From a virus (lineage: Duplodnaviria > Caudoviricetes), in the IMG/VR virus record IMGVR_UViG_3300021256_000011, positions 1 to 64,000 of that record: a DNA stretch of 64,000 bases; one strand, 5' to 3'. Shown here piece by piece: positions 1 to 9,867 of the stretch. The notes beneath the pieces are model-generated. The model was not told the DNA's origin, made no database searches, and worked only from the letters and a program-made list of their open reading frames with translations. Made by a program: the position numbers and the translations under genes. Each line of letters starts with the position of its first letter. The stretch's first letter is position 1.

Positions 1-1
1 T

Positions 2-439
2 CCAGGCACGGTTCAGTTCGTCGTTCAGAACACCGATAGGACGGGTCATCACGGGAAGAGCAGTGCCAAAGCCAACAGCAGCAACAGTGCCGTCGAACAG
101 GCTAGCGAGAGCGGTGCCAGTGATGTCCACACCCTTGAGGAACTTCTTCACCATTGCCAGGGAGGTGGAGGCAATATCGAAGGAGAAGCCGAGAGTGCCG
201 GCAGTCACGCGGGCGGTAATCAGGTTACCCTGCTCGTCCAGAATCTGGTCAGTGTTCACATCCTCACCTTCCCAGGTGGTGGAGTCCTGGACAATCTGGC
301 CCAGGGAACCAGAACCGGGAGAAGTAATGGTGAGGTTGGCCAGGCTCTTTCCGGCATAGTCAAGGATCTCGTCGAAGATAACAAGGTCTCCCTGTCCTGC
401 GAACAGTTTGGAGGCGCTTTCAATTTTAGGAACAGCCAT
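2..439 (-). CDS. major tail (tube) protein, N-terminal part; runs off the window start
   Basis: ATG at 439-437, open to the window edge (MAVPKIESASKLFAGQGDLVIFDEILDY...GTLGFSFDIAST). Not in the ORF track. Position after the neck genes fits a tail tube protein. Confidence 0.6.
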   Translation of the reverse strand, partial: MAVPKIESASKLFAGQGDLVIFDEILDYAGKSLANLTITSPGSGSLGQIVQDSTTWEGEDVNTDQILDEQGNLITARVTAGTLGFSFDIASTSLAMVKKFLKGVDITGTALASLFDGTVAAVGFGTALPVMTRPIGVLNDELNRAW

Positions 440-452
440 AGTAGTATCGTTT

Positions 453-899
453 TTAAATGTTATTTCTTGTATGCCACTCTAAGTTAAGAGTTGTTACTGA
501 ATATCCCGAAGTAATATTCGGTGTTGTGGGAGTTATGAATCGCAGCGGAGCGTACTTGAAAAAGTAATGTTCGGTGAGAAGCCTTTCGACAACTTCGTCA
601 AACTGAGAGAGTATCTTATCAATACGCTGTTTTTTGACTGAGCCGTCGTCATTCATCTTGCAATACAAACTGACCATAATAAACCCATCCGCGTAGCGTG
701 TATCCATCCCCACGCCCCCGATGTCGCCATTAAGCATCACGACCATAAAGTCACTAGGGACCTCATTTGTCGGACGCTCCCAGTCACCGTAAACGGTAAC
801 CTCCTGGGCACTTCCGTCAGCGAGCTCAACATGTATGTTTTGCTCCTGCAGGAAATCCCGCAGTTCGACATCAGGGTGTATGGAAGAGATAGGTATCAT
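453..899 (-). CDS. putative tail terminator/completion protein
   Basis: 148 aa, directly upstream of the tail tube gene in canonical siphovirus order. Confidence 0.45.
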   Translation of the reverse strand: MIPISSIHPDVELRDFLQEQNIHVELADGSAQEVTVYGDWERPTNEVPSDFMVVMLNGDIGGVGMDTRYADGFIMVSLYCKMNDDGSVKKQRIDKILSQFDEVVERLLTEHYFFKYAPLRFITPTTPNITSGYSVTTLNLEWHTRNNI

Positions 900-1507
900 C
901 TAATAATAAGGTTCTTGGTTCGACCAAATTCGTAGGTCAGCGCATTTTCCATTGTACTGGCAAAGTCGGCTTCAAACTCTCGGACATACCCCTCATGCTC
1001 TGGCATTTCGTCCACTTTCTCAGCATACGGAACGCCTATCACGAGTTTTGCCTGTACGCCGCCAAGAAGTACGCGGGATGCTCTGTTTGCGACAAGCGCA
1101 CCCCACTCGGCCCCGTCGATGTATCCGTGCGTCTCGTCGTTCTGTCCGACTGTCGCACCAGGCTGCATCTGCCTTATACTTACGATGCGATTGCCGTCGG
1201 TGACAACTGTCGCCATAGAGTCATGAAGGTTACCAGTGTACCATGGATAATAATGGTCGCCACCGCGATACCCGGATGCATATGCGCCGTAAGAACGCTG
1301 CGTCTTTCCGGTATTTAGGTTCATAATGTCCCTACGAGCGCCTCTAGGCCATTGGCTATCTACATCCTGAAGCCATTCTTCGCAGGCGGCGGTCATAATT
1401 GTCGCCCCCTGTTTGGTCAGATGCTTACCGGCCTCGGCTAAAGCCTGAGCAAAACCCTTGTAGGTTTTCCCCCACTCAGCCTTACCATTGACGCTTCGTA
1501 CTGCCAT
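896..1507 (-). CDS. putative neck/tail-completion protein (HK97 gp10-like position)
   Basis: 203 aa, contains TGNLHDS motif typical of this class; synteny. Confidence 0.45.
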   Translation of the reverse strand: MAVRSVNGKAEWGKTYKGFAQALAEAGKHLTKQGATIMTAACEEWLQDVDSQWPRGARRDIMNLNTGKTQRSYGAYASGYRGGDHYYPWYTGNLHDSMATVVTDGNRIVSIRQMQPGATVGQNDETHGYIDGAEWGALVANRASRVLLGGVQAKLVIGVPYAEKVDEMPEHEGYVREFEADFASTMENALTYEFGRTKNLIIR

Positions 1508-1508
1508 T

Positions 1509-1862
1509 TTAGTCTCCTTGTGCCTGCTTAAGTTCGATTCTCGTGAGCTTTACGCCTGTCCGCCAGGGCATGTTAATGTCTCGCACGATCTTGACAATGG
1601 ATTGTATCTCGCGGCCAAATTCCGTTGTGATAGTCACATAGTCATTGATTCGTATCTGGACATCCACGCCGGGGATAAAAAGGGTAGGGTTCCTGGTCGT
1701 GAAAATCCTTGTATAACTGGTGCCCCCCTCTTCGTAGAGGCACTCGCCGTCGTAGATAGTCTCACGGACAGGATTGTCCCATTCGTCCTTTACGGGCTTT
1801 CCATTCTCGTCCTTAACCTGGCGTTCGATGACGCACTGGTCACGAAACTCAATGAACTTCAT
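1509..1862 (-). CDS. putative head-closure (stopper) protein
   Basis: 117 aa, beta-rich; follows the adaptor gene. Confidence 0.5.
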   Translation of the reverse strand: MKFIEFRDQCVIERQVKDENGKPVKDEWDNPVRETIYDGECLYEEGGTSYTRIFTTRNPTLFIPGVDVQIRINDYVTITTEFGREIQSIVKIVRDINMPWRTGVKLTRIELKQAQGD

Positions 1863-2289
1863 ATCTCAAAGAACTCGCATCAAACATTTCGCTGGAGGAG
1901 TCCTGCTCCTCAATTTCGAATCCCCATTTGAGGCGGAGGGCATCGCCCATTGCTTTGAAGCGTGCCCTGTCCGCCATCGTAATGGTATATCCGCCGCGTG
2001 AAGCACGGACATCTCCGACTTGCTCGGAGTAGCCACCGCCAGCGAAAACTCCCAACACCGAATAGAAGATTGTCGAAGAGGCATAGTCCAGGCGTTTCTG
2101 ATACTCTCCTTCGGGGTCTTCCCGAGGCGTTTTCTCGCCGGTCTCTTCGTCGATAATGTAGTCAATATCCTCGTCAAGAGGAAGCGGCTCCAATTCGACC
2201 TCCTTTGGGCTACGGGCGGAACGGGCCACCACATTGTCCTGCAGGTCGAGACCGGGCACTAAACTACGCAGATACTCTTCGACAGTCAT
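1849..2289 (-). CDS. putative head-tail adaptor/connector
   Basis: 146 aa, immediately downstream of the capsid gene; SEQVGDVRASR acidic/beta motif. Confidence 0.5.
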   Translation of the reverse strand: MTVEEYLRSLVPGLDLQDNVVARSARSPKEVELEPLPLDEDIDYIIDEETGEKTPREDPEGEYQKRLDYASSTIFYSVLGVFAGGGYSEQVGDVRASRGGYTITMADRARFKAMGDALRLKWGFEIEEQDSSSEMFDASSLRYEVH

Positions 2290-2291
2290 AA

Positions 2292-3509
2292 CTACTTCGT
2301 GTGAAGGATAAACATGTCACGAGGACGGGTAGGAACGCACAGCACGGTGAGTTCGGAGACCCAGTCCTGATACTTGGTACGGGGGTCGTAGCGGTACTCG
2401 ATGATGCCGTGACCGCCGAAGATGGTAGCGCTGATGGCGCTAGGATCCGGACGGAGCGGAACGACATTCTTCTTGATACCGACCTTGCCGGAAGGACGCA
2501 CCAGATAGGTGTCCTTATTGAAGGCCCACAGCTTGTTGCGGACGAGCTTCTTGTTGGTGTCATCCCAAACCTCGACGCCGCAACGGGTCTTGTTGTAGAT
2601 GACCTCATCGGCTCCGATAATAGCCTTGAAGGCAGCCTTGGTGGCATCGTCGGAAGCGGTCGCAGCAATAGCCTTAGCAGTGTTCTGAGCGTCAGCGGTA
2701 ACGCCGGCAGAGACGAGCAGAGCGGGGGTGAGCTGATAGCCGAGAGCGATAGCCCACTTGCTGTGCTTCATATCCTCGAAGAAGGACTCTTCGTTAACCT
2801 CGACGGTCACAGAGTCGTAAACCTCCTTGGCGTCGCGAACCATCTTCTTGATGTCGTTGACAGGGTCGGAAGCGCTACCCTCGGATGTCTTGGCGTCATT
2901 GGTAAACCAACGGGCCGTGCTGGTGAGGGTCGTGATGTTCGCCTGGGGGATCTGAGCGCTGAAGGTGATGTTCTGGATACCGCGAGGGTTGTTGGTGTTG
3001 GTCAAAGTGACGGCACCAACAGACTTCATCTGGCCGACCTGATAGGAGATGGAGCCGATGTGGGCGTCCTGAATCTCGGACAGACCGCCGAACAGAAGTT
3101 TGGCGAGGTAATTCTTGATGCCTTCTTCGGGAGACTGATTCATGAAGGTTGCAGAAACCTGGATGTTCTGCATGGTAATCAGTTCCTTGCGGTAGTCGTT
3201 TTCGCCAAGCTCCCAGCGAGCTTTCTGGCGAGGGATGGAACCACTCAGGGTGTTGAAGCCCTTGGTCCCGAGAGGAATCGGGTCGGAGTTGAGGTCCACA
3301 TAGGTGGCCATCACCTTGATCTGGTCCTCGACCTCAAGCATCTTGTAGTCGAAGTCAATCTGAGGGATGTCCCACTCTTCGAAACCGATTTCGTTCAGGT
3401 TCTGGCTCTCGCGACGGGAGAGAACCTGAAGGTAGTAAGCCATAAAGGCTTCAGACGAGGTGATGCCGTTAGAGGCCATCAGAGTGTCAAGTCCAAAATA
3501 CTGATTCAT
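2292..3509 (-). CDS. major capsid protein
   Basis: 405 aa, strongly biased codon usage, follows scaffold and decoration genes; resembles capsid E-type family. Confidence 0.8.
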   Translation of the reverse strand: MNQYFGLDTLMASNGITSSEAFMAYYLQVLSRRESQNLNEIGFEEWDIPQIDFDYKMLEVEDQIKVMATYVDLNSDPIPLGTKGFNTLSGSIPRQKARWELGENDYRKELITMQNIQVSATFMNQSPEEGIKNYLAKLLFGGLSEIQDAHIGSISYQVGQMKSVGAVTLTNTNNPRGIQNITFSAQIPQANITTLTSTARWFTNDAKTSEGSASDPVNDIKKMVRDAKEVYDSVTVEVNEESFFEDMKHSKWAIALGYQLTPALLVSAGVTADAQNTAKAIAATASDDATKAAFKAIIGADEVIYNKTRCGVEVWDDTNKKLVRNKLWAFNKDTYLVRPSGKVGIKKNVVPLRPDPSAISATIFGGHGIIEYRYDPRTKYQDWVSELTVLCVPTRPRDMFILHTK

Positions 3510-3513
3510 AGTT

Positions 3514-3885
3514 CTACTCGTTTACGAAAGTGATACCAGGGAGAAGAGCCTTGACGGCTGCAGAAATAGAAGGGATGCGCTTTGCGAGCACCTGTCCCTT
3601 GGTCACGACAGTGCCGGTCGCGCCGACGTTGCCGATGTAGACGTCCTCAAGAAGAAGACCTGTGACTCCAGTCTCGGGAGCGGCGGCATCGGGAGCGAGG
3701 ACAGTAGCCTCACCGCCCATTTTCGCCACATACACGACGGAGCCGGCCTTGACGGTCGTGCCCTGGGTCTGAGAGTTCAGGGTGCAACCAGCCGGATAGA
3801 ACTCGTCGGTATGAAGCCAAATGGGGACCTTTCCGGCAGCATAACTCTGGGAGTCATTGTTGAAAGAGTTACCGTAGTTTTTCAT
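3514..3885 (-). CDS. head decoration/cement protein
   Basis: 123 aa Ala/Gly/Val/Thr-rich protein between scaffold and capsid (GLLLEDV...GTVVTKG). Confidence 0.65.
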   Translation of the reverse strand: MKNYGNSFNNDSQSYAAGKVPIWLHTDEFYPAGCTLNSQTQGTTVKAGSVVYVAKMGGEATVLAPDAAAPETGVTGLLLEDVYIGNVGATGTVVTKGQVLAKRIPSISAAVKALLPGITFVNE

Positions 3886-3908
3886 TGGTCACAACTTTTG
3901 GGTTAAAC

Positions 3909-4616
3909 TTACTTTTGTTCTGCGGGGAGCAAGCCTTCACCTTCGAGGTACTTAGCCTGGGCAGAGAAGTCATAGTTGCCGGAACCGCCGCCATCGTCCT
4001 CAAAAGGCTTGGTGGCATCTGCGCCCTTGCGCTTAACCAGCTTGTTGAAATACTCCGTTGCCTTGGTCGTAAGTTCCTCCTGGGTCATGCTGTCTCCCTT
4101 GGCCGCATTCAGCTCTTCGGCCCTCTCCCAAGCGTCGTCCGCTTCGTCCTTGAACTTCGTTGTCCACTTGTTCTCGAAGAATTTGGTCTTCGCCAGGGTT
4201 TTAGCCTCTTTAGCCGTAGTCTGCGACCTGAAGGTCTCGAAAGCAGTCTTGATGTCTTTGATGCCGTCAGCAACTCCGTTCTTGATAAGCTCAGCAATCT
4301 GCTCAGCCGTCAGTGCGCCCTTGTTGCCGTCGCCGTCTCCACCACCATCACCGCCTTCGGGATGTGCCGCTTTGTAGGTGTCAAAAGCACTCTGCGTCTC
4401 GGTCCTCTTGGTGATTTCCTGGTCGCGATGCTTCATTAACTCCTCAGCAACTAGTCTCATAGTCTCTGCATCCGTGAGGACGGTTTCAACCTGAGATTCT
4501 TCTGTGACCGTCTTTTCTCTCGCCGTGGCAATCCGGTCGATAGCCTCGTTGCTCAGCCCGAAACGCTTGATTTCAGATTTCGCCCTGAGCCCTTCAACGA
4601 TTTTTTCTTTGAACAT
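3909..4616 (-). CDS. capsid scaffolding protein
   Basis: Charged helical protein with a Gly-Asp linker. Start moved to MFKEKIVE (4616) because a promoter lies at 4647-4677. Confidence 0.65.
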   Translation of the reverse strand: MFKEKIVEGLRAKSEIKRFGLSNEAIDRIATAREKTVTEESQVETVLTDAETMRLVAEELMKHRDQEITKRTETQSAFDTYKAAHPEGGDGGGDGDGNKGALTAEQIAELIKNGVADGIKDIKTAFETFRSQTTAKEAKTLAKTKFFENKWTTKFKDEADDAWERAEELNAAKGDSMTQEELTTKATEYFNKLVKRKGADATKPFEDDGGGSGNYDFSAQAKYLEGEGLLPAEQK

Positions 4617-4646
4617 ATGTTTATAGGTTAGAAATGTCTTTTGGGG

Positions 4647-4677
4647 CAAATATAATAAAACTTTTTTGTTACACAAA
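4647..4677 (-). promoter_or_regulatory. Bacteroidota sigma-A promoter for the scaffold-capsid operon
   Basis: Minus strand TTTG-19 nt-TATATTTG. Confidence 0.75.
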
Positions 4678-4771
4678 AGTTTGGCATAAAATTTGTTTCA
4701 TATGGCACCTTTTCATGAAAACGCAGGGCCCGGTACGATTCTCTGTCGTCCGGGCCCCGAAACCAGTTCTA

Positions 4772-4803
4772 TTTGTAGAATGGCATATTTTTTGCTATAT
4801 TTG
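4772..4803 (+). promoter_or_regulatory. Bacteroidota sigma-A promoter, divergent, no downstream ORF
   Basis: TTTG(4772)-20 nt-TATATTTG(4796-4803). Confidence 0.65.
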
Positions 4804-4808
4804 CGACG

Positions 4809-4888
4809 AAGTGATAATTTTTCTCATACTTAACACAACTAACCAACAACATTTTCCAGGCCCGGCAGTGATGTCCGGCCTGTTTTTT
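4809..4888 (+). ncRNA. candidate ~80-nt small RNA
   Basis: Lies between the plus-strand promoter and a plus-oriented intrinsic terminator; no ORF. Start position is estimated. Confidence 0.4.
4857..4888 (+). terminator. intrinsic terminator
   Basis: CAGGCCCGGCA-GTGA-TGTCCGGCCTG hairpin followed by T6. Confidence 0.65.
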
Positions 4889-6470
4889 ATTGCTGCATAG
4901 CGCTCTTGCCGGACGCATTGTTATCCACAGCCGGTTTGGAAGGATTAGCGTCGTCCTGCTTGGCGGAATACTCCTGCTTCATCTTGAGCTCCTCTTCCCA
5001 TTCCTTCATGATTTGTTTGAGGTCGCCCTTATGTGAGTCCGGAATATCCTGCAGTACGGCCTTCCTGGATTTGGCTCGGGCATAAAGCATATCGAGCTGG
5101 CGTTTCAATTCCTCAGTATCGTTCTGCGGCAGCCAAATCTCCTGGCCAATAGATATGCGCAGCTCTCCATAGCGCTGGATATCTCCCTCCTGTTTGCCAA
5201 CCAGACGCTTGAAGACCTCTATGCACCGACGGTTGGGTTTGGCGTAGAAGACCCAGCGGTTTTGGCACCATTCGACATCCGGAGCAAAAAGTATCCTGAT
5301 GCTTGTAGAGCTGTCCGACCCCTGCTTCAAGACCTCGGGTTCAACCAGGGCGCTCTGAGAACCGCGAAGAATGTTGTCCCAAAGCGTCTTGAGATTGACA
5401 TCTGCGATGTTGCTCATATCAGGCGGCGCCAGGAATTTCGCGTCGGCATGTGCCAGGCTGTCAGCGGTTCCCTTCACACCGATGGACTTCCCATTGAGCT
5501 TTGACGGAGGAAGAGTTGTAATCTTTTCACTCTTAAGGAACAAAATCGGGAAAGCATCGTTCTTCACTTCCTCGGATACATAGGACAAAGCCTTCTCGAA
5601 CTTTGAGATGCTATCTTGCACCGGGCCTGTTGCGATGTCCGGGACGCGGAAATAAATTACCTGCAGCATGTCACCTCCAACCTGGGAGTCCTTTCTGGAG
5701 ATGAGTTTGTAGCCGTCTTCACTGACTTCGCTCAGTTTTACGCCCTTTATTATACGGAGCACCTTGTCAATCCATGCTATTCCTTCCTTCTCCTCGGTGT
5801 CCACTTTCACCCAGGTCTCCCTATATCTTACATTGAAGACATCGACGGCAGGCTTACCGTTTAGCGAGTACGCCCTATACAATACCGGTTTCCCGTCATC
5901 GTCCACGCCGGGATAAAGCGAATCACCTTTCTCGTAAGAGAAAACCTCGTAGTTGATTCCATTGGCGTCCTGATACAAGTACAAAGCCGAATCTCCCGTG
6001 CGCTCACAGGCTCTGACGGCCTCAGTCCAGCCATCCCAGAAACCGCTGATGTCCTGCCAGGAGCGGATGTTTTCAAAAGCGTCCTCATCGTCGCTCTCGT
6101 TAGACATCCAAAAATGTTTGCCCGTGAGGTGCGCGACCTTCTTTGAGACAATCATCTCTTGTATGGCCAAAGCCACTGTTTCGACTTCGTCAAAGCCGCT
6201 CAAGGTATATTTCGTCTTCCCGGTGGCCTCGTCCTTTTCTGGCTTGTAGATAGGGCGCTGGCTCATATACTTCGAGTTGATTTCATGGGCCGACGGACTG
6301 AGCTCGTTCAAAAAAGTATCCTGTGTCAAGTTGATATAACCGACACCGTATCCTCCGGTCTTCGCCTGTCTGTATCCTACATTATTACCGGCGGCAGGGA
6401 ACAAGCCAACATGATCGGGCGTAACCCTTCGCACCCAATAGTCTTTCTTTAAATGTTTACCAATGTCCAT
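4887..6470 (-). CDS. portal protein
   Basis: 527 aa between terminase and scaffold genes; SPP1-like size and position. Confidence 0.75.
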   Translation of the reverse strand: MDIGKHLKKDYWVRRVTPDHVGLFPAAGNNVGYRQAKTGGYGVGYINLTQDTFLNELSPSAHEINSKYMSQRPIYKPEKDEATGKTKYTLSGFDEVETVALAIQEMIVSKKVAHLTGKHFWMSNESDDEDAFENIRSWQDISGFWDGWTEAVRACERTGDSALYLYQDANGINYEVFSYEKGDSLYPGVDDDGKPVLYRAYSLNGKPAVDVFNVRYRETWVKVDTEEKEGIAWIDKVLRIIKGVKLSEVSEDGYKLISRKDSQVGGDMLQVIYFRVPDIATGPVQDSISKFEKALSYVSEEVKNDAFPILFLKSEKITTLPPSKLNGKSIGVKGTADSLAHADAKFLAPPDMSNIADVNLKTLWDNILRGSQSALVEPEVLKQGSDSSTSIRILFAPDVEWCQNRWVFYAKPNRRCIEVFKRLVGKQEGDIQRYGELRISIGQEIWLPQNDTEELKRQLDMLYARAKSRKAVLQDIPDSHKGDLKQIMKEWEEELKMKQEYSAKQDDANPSKPAVDNNASGKSAMQQ

Positions 6471-6496
6471 AGGTCAAATCGCGATTTTTGGTTAGT

Positions 6497-8254
6497 CTAT
6501 ATATATACAACGGCGCGTCCGTCGCTGTAATCCTCATATAATCCGTCATAAGCATCGTCCTCAATCTCCGGCGCCGGCTGCTTCTTGGGCCTGGCGTCAA
6601 GCTCAAAAATGGCACGCAGGCAGATAGAGTCCATAAGGTCAGGAGAATTCTTCTGGTGCGACGCCTTATAAAGGTCCTTGCTCTTATAGAAGATGCGCTT
6701 GTTCTTTGTCTCAGCAGCGAACAAATCCATCTCCGTGTACAAGATGTCAATGAGCCTCTGCATCGCCCCCTTGCGCCCGTACTTAATCTTCGTGTCGGGG
6801 TCGAGGCTTGTGCTTATCTTTCCTGTCTCGATAAGGACCTTCATTTTCCCGAGAAGCTGAGAACGCACATTAAAATAGAGCTCCATGGTCACCGGGTTCC
6901 CGTTTTCATCCAACTCTTGAATTGCCGCCTTGTTCGCCGTTACTGGGTATCCATTCGTGTAAGACTTCAAATATCCGCCAATTCCCGTAGCGTCGTAACT
7001 AAAATGCTCGACTGGGACATTGTGCTTTTTCAGCATCTTGTCAATCCAATCTACCAACTCCTTTGCATCACCCTTAAACATCTCTATGGCAACAATCCGA
7101 AGTCCGCGCCATATGACCATCGGGCAATTATCAGAGTTTGTGTCGCCACCACTAACATCGAGCGTAGCGAACATTCCATCCTCCTCGTTGTATATCGGAT
7201 TCGTAAAGATGTCTCTAATCTGTTGCCTGGAAATCGTGAGTTCAGATTTATCCACGGGGCCGAAGTACCCTTGTTTCAGCACCTTACGCTGCGTTCCGCC
7301 GACCGCATGCATATTAGCAATAGCACCACCGCCAGTTGCGTTCAGCAGTTTTAAGTTATCCGCAGCCTCGCCGGTATAAAAGTTGAAAGACTTGACCACA
7401 TCCTCGGGCGTGATGCCTGCCTTAGCCTCTTTCTCAGTAATAGTGATGTTCGCCCTTGCAACTACTTCGGCCTTAGAATCCCCCCAGATTATACTTTCCG
7501 GGTCGTCTCCAGCCAGATAGAAAAACTTCTGCTTGCCAACCATCTCCGGAATAACATAGTAGTCCGAGCCTATGTACCCGGCGTCCAAAAGCATCTGCGT
7601 CGTAAAATGCTCGTACTCTGGGTTAAATGAAAGAATCATACTCGGCCTCATACCAGACGCATCTCGATTCCTACTAAACCAGAAACTCCACATTTTGAAA
7701 CACATATCCGTGGCTTCATCTATAGCGATATATGATGCCTGATTTTTCTTAGCATATTCCTTAAAGTCTTGATACTCAGTGGGATTACTCTCTACATTAA
7801 AGTTAGAGTGTATCATCAAAACAGACGAATTCCACTGCGGCCAGGTAAATGCGGGGTAGTCGCTGGAAGTATATTGGCAACCGGCAAAGTTGCCCCAAAC
7901 TTCAACACCGTCTCGGAAGAGGGAGCCGCCCTTCTTTGAGTCCTGGAGTCTCACAGAGATGAAACGCGCGGAGTAGCCCTGTCTATTAACGCCATAAAGC
8001 GCCTTTATCATTTGTAGATAGGTCTTACCCATCTGGATTGCTCCGGCTAAAAAGATTACATCGGAGTCGTCCGCGCATGCATTCGTCTGGATGCCCCTCT
8101 GCGGGGCGAAGTCAATTTTGTCACGAAGAATAAAGCCATCATTGGGGCCTCCGACCATTTTGTCGTATCCTTTCGTTTCTTTGGTTGGGTCGACCCTCTC
8201 AATATGGTCATATCGAGAAGGGAGCGGCGTATCTGAATTCTTAAGTCTAAACAC
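6497..8254 (-). CDS. terL: terminase large subunit
   Basis: Walker A-like AGAIQMGKT, Walker B YIAIDEA, C-terminal nuclease motifs (LDVSGG, YDATGIG, SPDLMDS). Confidence 0.9.
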   Translation of the reverse strand: MFRLKNSDTPLPSRYDHIERVDPTKETKGYDKMVGGPNDGFILRDKIDFAPQRGIQTNACADDSDVIFLAGAIQMGKTYLQMIKALYGVNRQGYSARFISVRLQDSKKGGSLFRDGVEVWGNFAGCQYTSSDYPAFTWPQWNSSVLMIHSNFNVESNPTEYQDFKEYAKKNQASYIAIDEATDMCFKMWSFWFSRNRDASGMRPSMILSFNPEYEHFTTQMLLDAGYIGSDYYVIPEMVGKQKFFYLAGDDPESIIWGDSKAEVVARANITITEKEAKAGITPEDVVKSFNFYTGEAADNLKLLNATGGGAIANMHAVGGTQRKVLKQGYFGPVDKSELTISRQQIRDIFTNPIYNEEDGMFATLDVSGGDTNSDNCPMVIWRGLRIVAIEMFKGDAKELVDWIDKMLKKHNVPVEHFSYDATGIGGYLKSYTNGYPVTANKAAIQELDENGNPVTMELYFNVRSQLLGKMKVLIETGKISTSLDPDTKIKYGRKGAMQRLIDILYTEMDLFAAETKNKRIFYKSKDLYKASHQKNSPDLMDSICLRAIFELDARPKKQPAPEIEDDAYDGLYEDYSDGRAVVYI

Positions 8255-8304
8255 GATAGGATACTTTGTCGCAAATATACAAAATTCCTATCGTGTTTTC
8301 AAAA

Positions 8305-9468
8305 TTAGCCTTCGACTTTTACCTCATAACGCATAAGCGCATCATACACTCGCTTCGTAATTTTGCCGCCGTCGTAGTATTCTTGAGCTACATCTTTAAT
8401 ATAAGATTCTCTTGCTTTCTTATATTCAGCAATAGACTCTTCCCTCGTCTCATACGCTCCCACATGAAAGGGCTTACCGTACTTTGATATGAACGCATGA
8501 TATTTCCCACCGTAATAATTCGCGCCGCAGTGTAAACCATCTTTTCCTTTTCGCTCGCTAATTAAAGAATTTATTGCTGGCGGAACAAATACTACGGTCT
8601 CTGGAGAATACTGCTTGCTTACGCCATTTGAAAACAAATCTTTGTCCATGCTATATCCTTCTATGTAGTTCTTTTCCCACCACGCTCTAAAATTCGAGGA
8701 GCGCTTCCATGGTTCACATACGGTACAACCAGCATAAGCATTCTCTCCCGGGCGTTGGGCATAGCACCTGCGAAGCATTCCCTTCCAAGTCCTTATACAT
8801 GGATGCCTTGTAGGAAGATCTGTATCGTGAACACCAACGCCGAAAACAAGCTTCCCGCGTTTTTCCTGGGCGCACTTCTTGCACCCGGGACCGCGATATA
8901 AGTGATAAGATGGGCGCACAAGGAAGTCTCCGTGTTTCTTACATGTAACCACAACTTTGGTAAAACTGTCCACATATTGCGTTTTATCGTAAGAAAACTT
9001 GGAACCGTATCTGGCTTTTGCTAATTTAATAAATAGGTCGGTTGTCATCCGCTGCAACTCAATCCTTGAATTCAGACCGCAATAAGGGCACCCGTGTCCA
9101 CTCAAATGAACATAAGCCTGCTGCGTGAACTCTCCGTGTTTCGGGCAGACAATCAGAACATCCTCGTAGCAACCTTTATAAACAGTCCTCGAGTAATCGT
9201 ACCGATAATTATGCTTTTTGTTCGCCTCGTCTATAAATTGCTGCGTGTCTTTCTTTCGCTTCGCTGCAGATAGAAGCTTGCCACACTCAGGGCATCCGTG
9301 CCCTCGCATAAGGTGAACTGGTTTTGCATAGAATTCCCCGTGCCTTTTGCATACGACAAGAACTCGTGTCGTACTATTCTTGTATTCGCTCTTTGAAAAA
9401 TCGTAGTCATTCCCAAGAGCGGCGCTCGCCCTTTCGATAAACTCGCTCTGTGTTATTTTTGCTGGCAT
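8305..9468 (-). CDS. free-standing homing endonuclease with three DUF723-like Zn-ribbon repeats
   Basis: Three repeats of V.C..HG.F......H..G.GC..C, then an HNH-like phage endonuclease region (WKGMLRRCY...VCEPW...MDKD...YSPETVVFVP...NS) and an AP2-like tail. Confidence 0.7.
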   Translation of the reverse strand: MPAKITQSEFIERASAALGNDYDFSKSEYKNSTTRVLVVCKRHGEFYAKPVHLMRGHGCPECGKLLSAAKRKKDTQQFIDEANKKHNYRYDYSRTVYKGCYEDVLIVCPKHGEFTQQAYVHLSGHGCPYCGLNSRIELQRMTTDLFIKLAKARYGSKFSYDKTQYVDSFTKVVVTCKKHGDFLVRPSYHLYRGPGCKKCAQEKRGKLVFGVGVHDTDLPTRHPCIRTWKGMLRRCYAQRPGENAYAGCTVCEPWKRSSNFRAWWEKNYIEGYSMDKDLFSNGVSKQYSPETVVFVPPAINSLISERKGKDGLHCGANYYGGKYHAFISKYGKPFHVGAYETREESIAEYKKARESYIKDVAQEYYDGGKITKRVYDALMRYEVKVEG

Positions 9469-9470
9469 AA

Positions 9471-9734
9471 CTACAACTCTTTAGGCTTCTCAACATTCTG
9501 CAACTCGAACCACCCAAGGTTTGTCAGGAAGTCGAATACGCCACCCTCCGGCTCATAGGCTATATCAATAATGCCATATTGCTCGCCGAATGCGCGAAGA
9601 ATCCCAGCCAGTATTTCAAAATCGGAATCTTTCGAGTCATCCATCTTAACCAACACGTTAACCCAACTGCGATTTCTGACAATCTGCCCAAAACGATAAA
9701 TGTCAGATTTCTGATAATGCTTTTTCTTTCTCAT
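9471..9734 (-). CDS. hypothetical protein
   Basis: 87 aa ORF with an upstream promoter-like TATCTTTG near 9840. Confidence 0.6.
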   Translation of the reverse strand: MRKKKHYQKSDIYRFGQIVRNRSWVNVLVKMDDSKDSDFEILAGILRAFGEQYGIIDIAYEPEGGVFDFLTNLGWFELQNVEKPKEL

Positions 9735-9867
9735 GACGCATAAAAATTAGTTGCCCCGAACTTTCAGCCAAAGAGAGAGCGTAGCGGCTTCCAGTCCGGG
9801 GACTATAAATTTCTATGTCTTACGCTCTCTGGTTACAAAGATAGTAAAACATTTTGGATTATGCAAA

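Noticed and set aside
2301-3533. Long antisense ORFs (also 20755-21918, 62806-63909, 6656-7354 and others)
   Set aside because: Shadow frames opposite codon-biased real genes; no motifs or initiation context.
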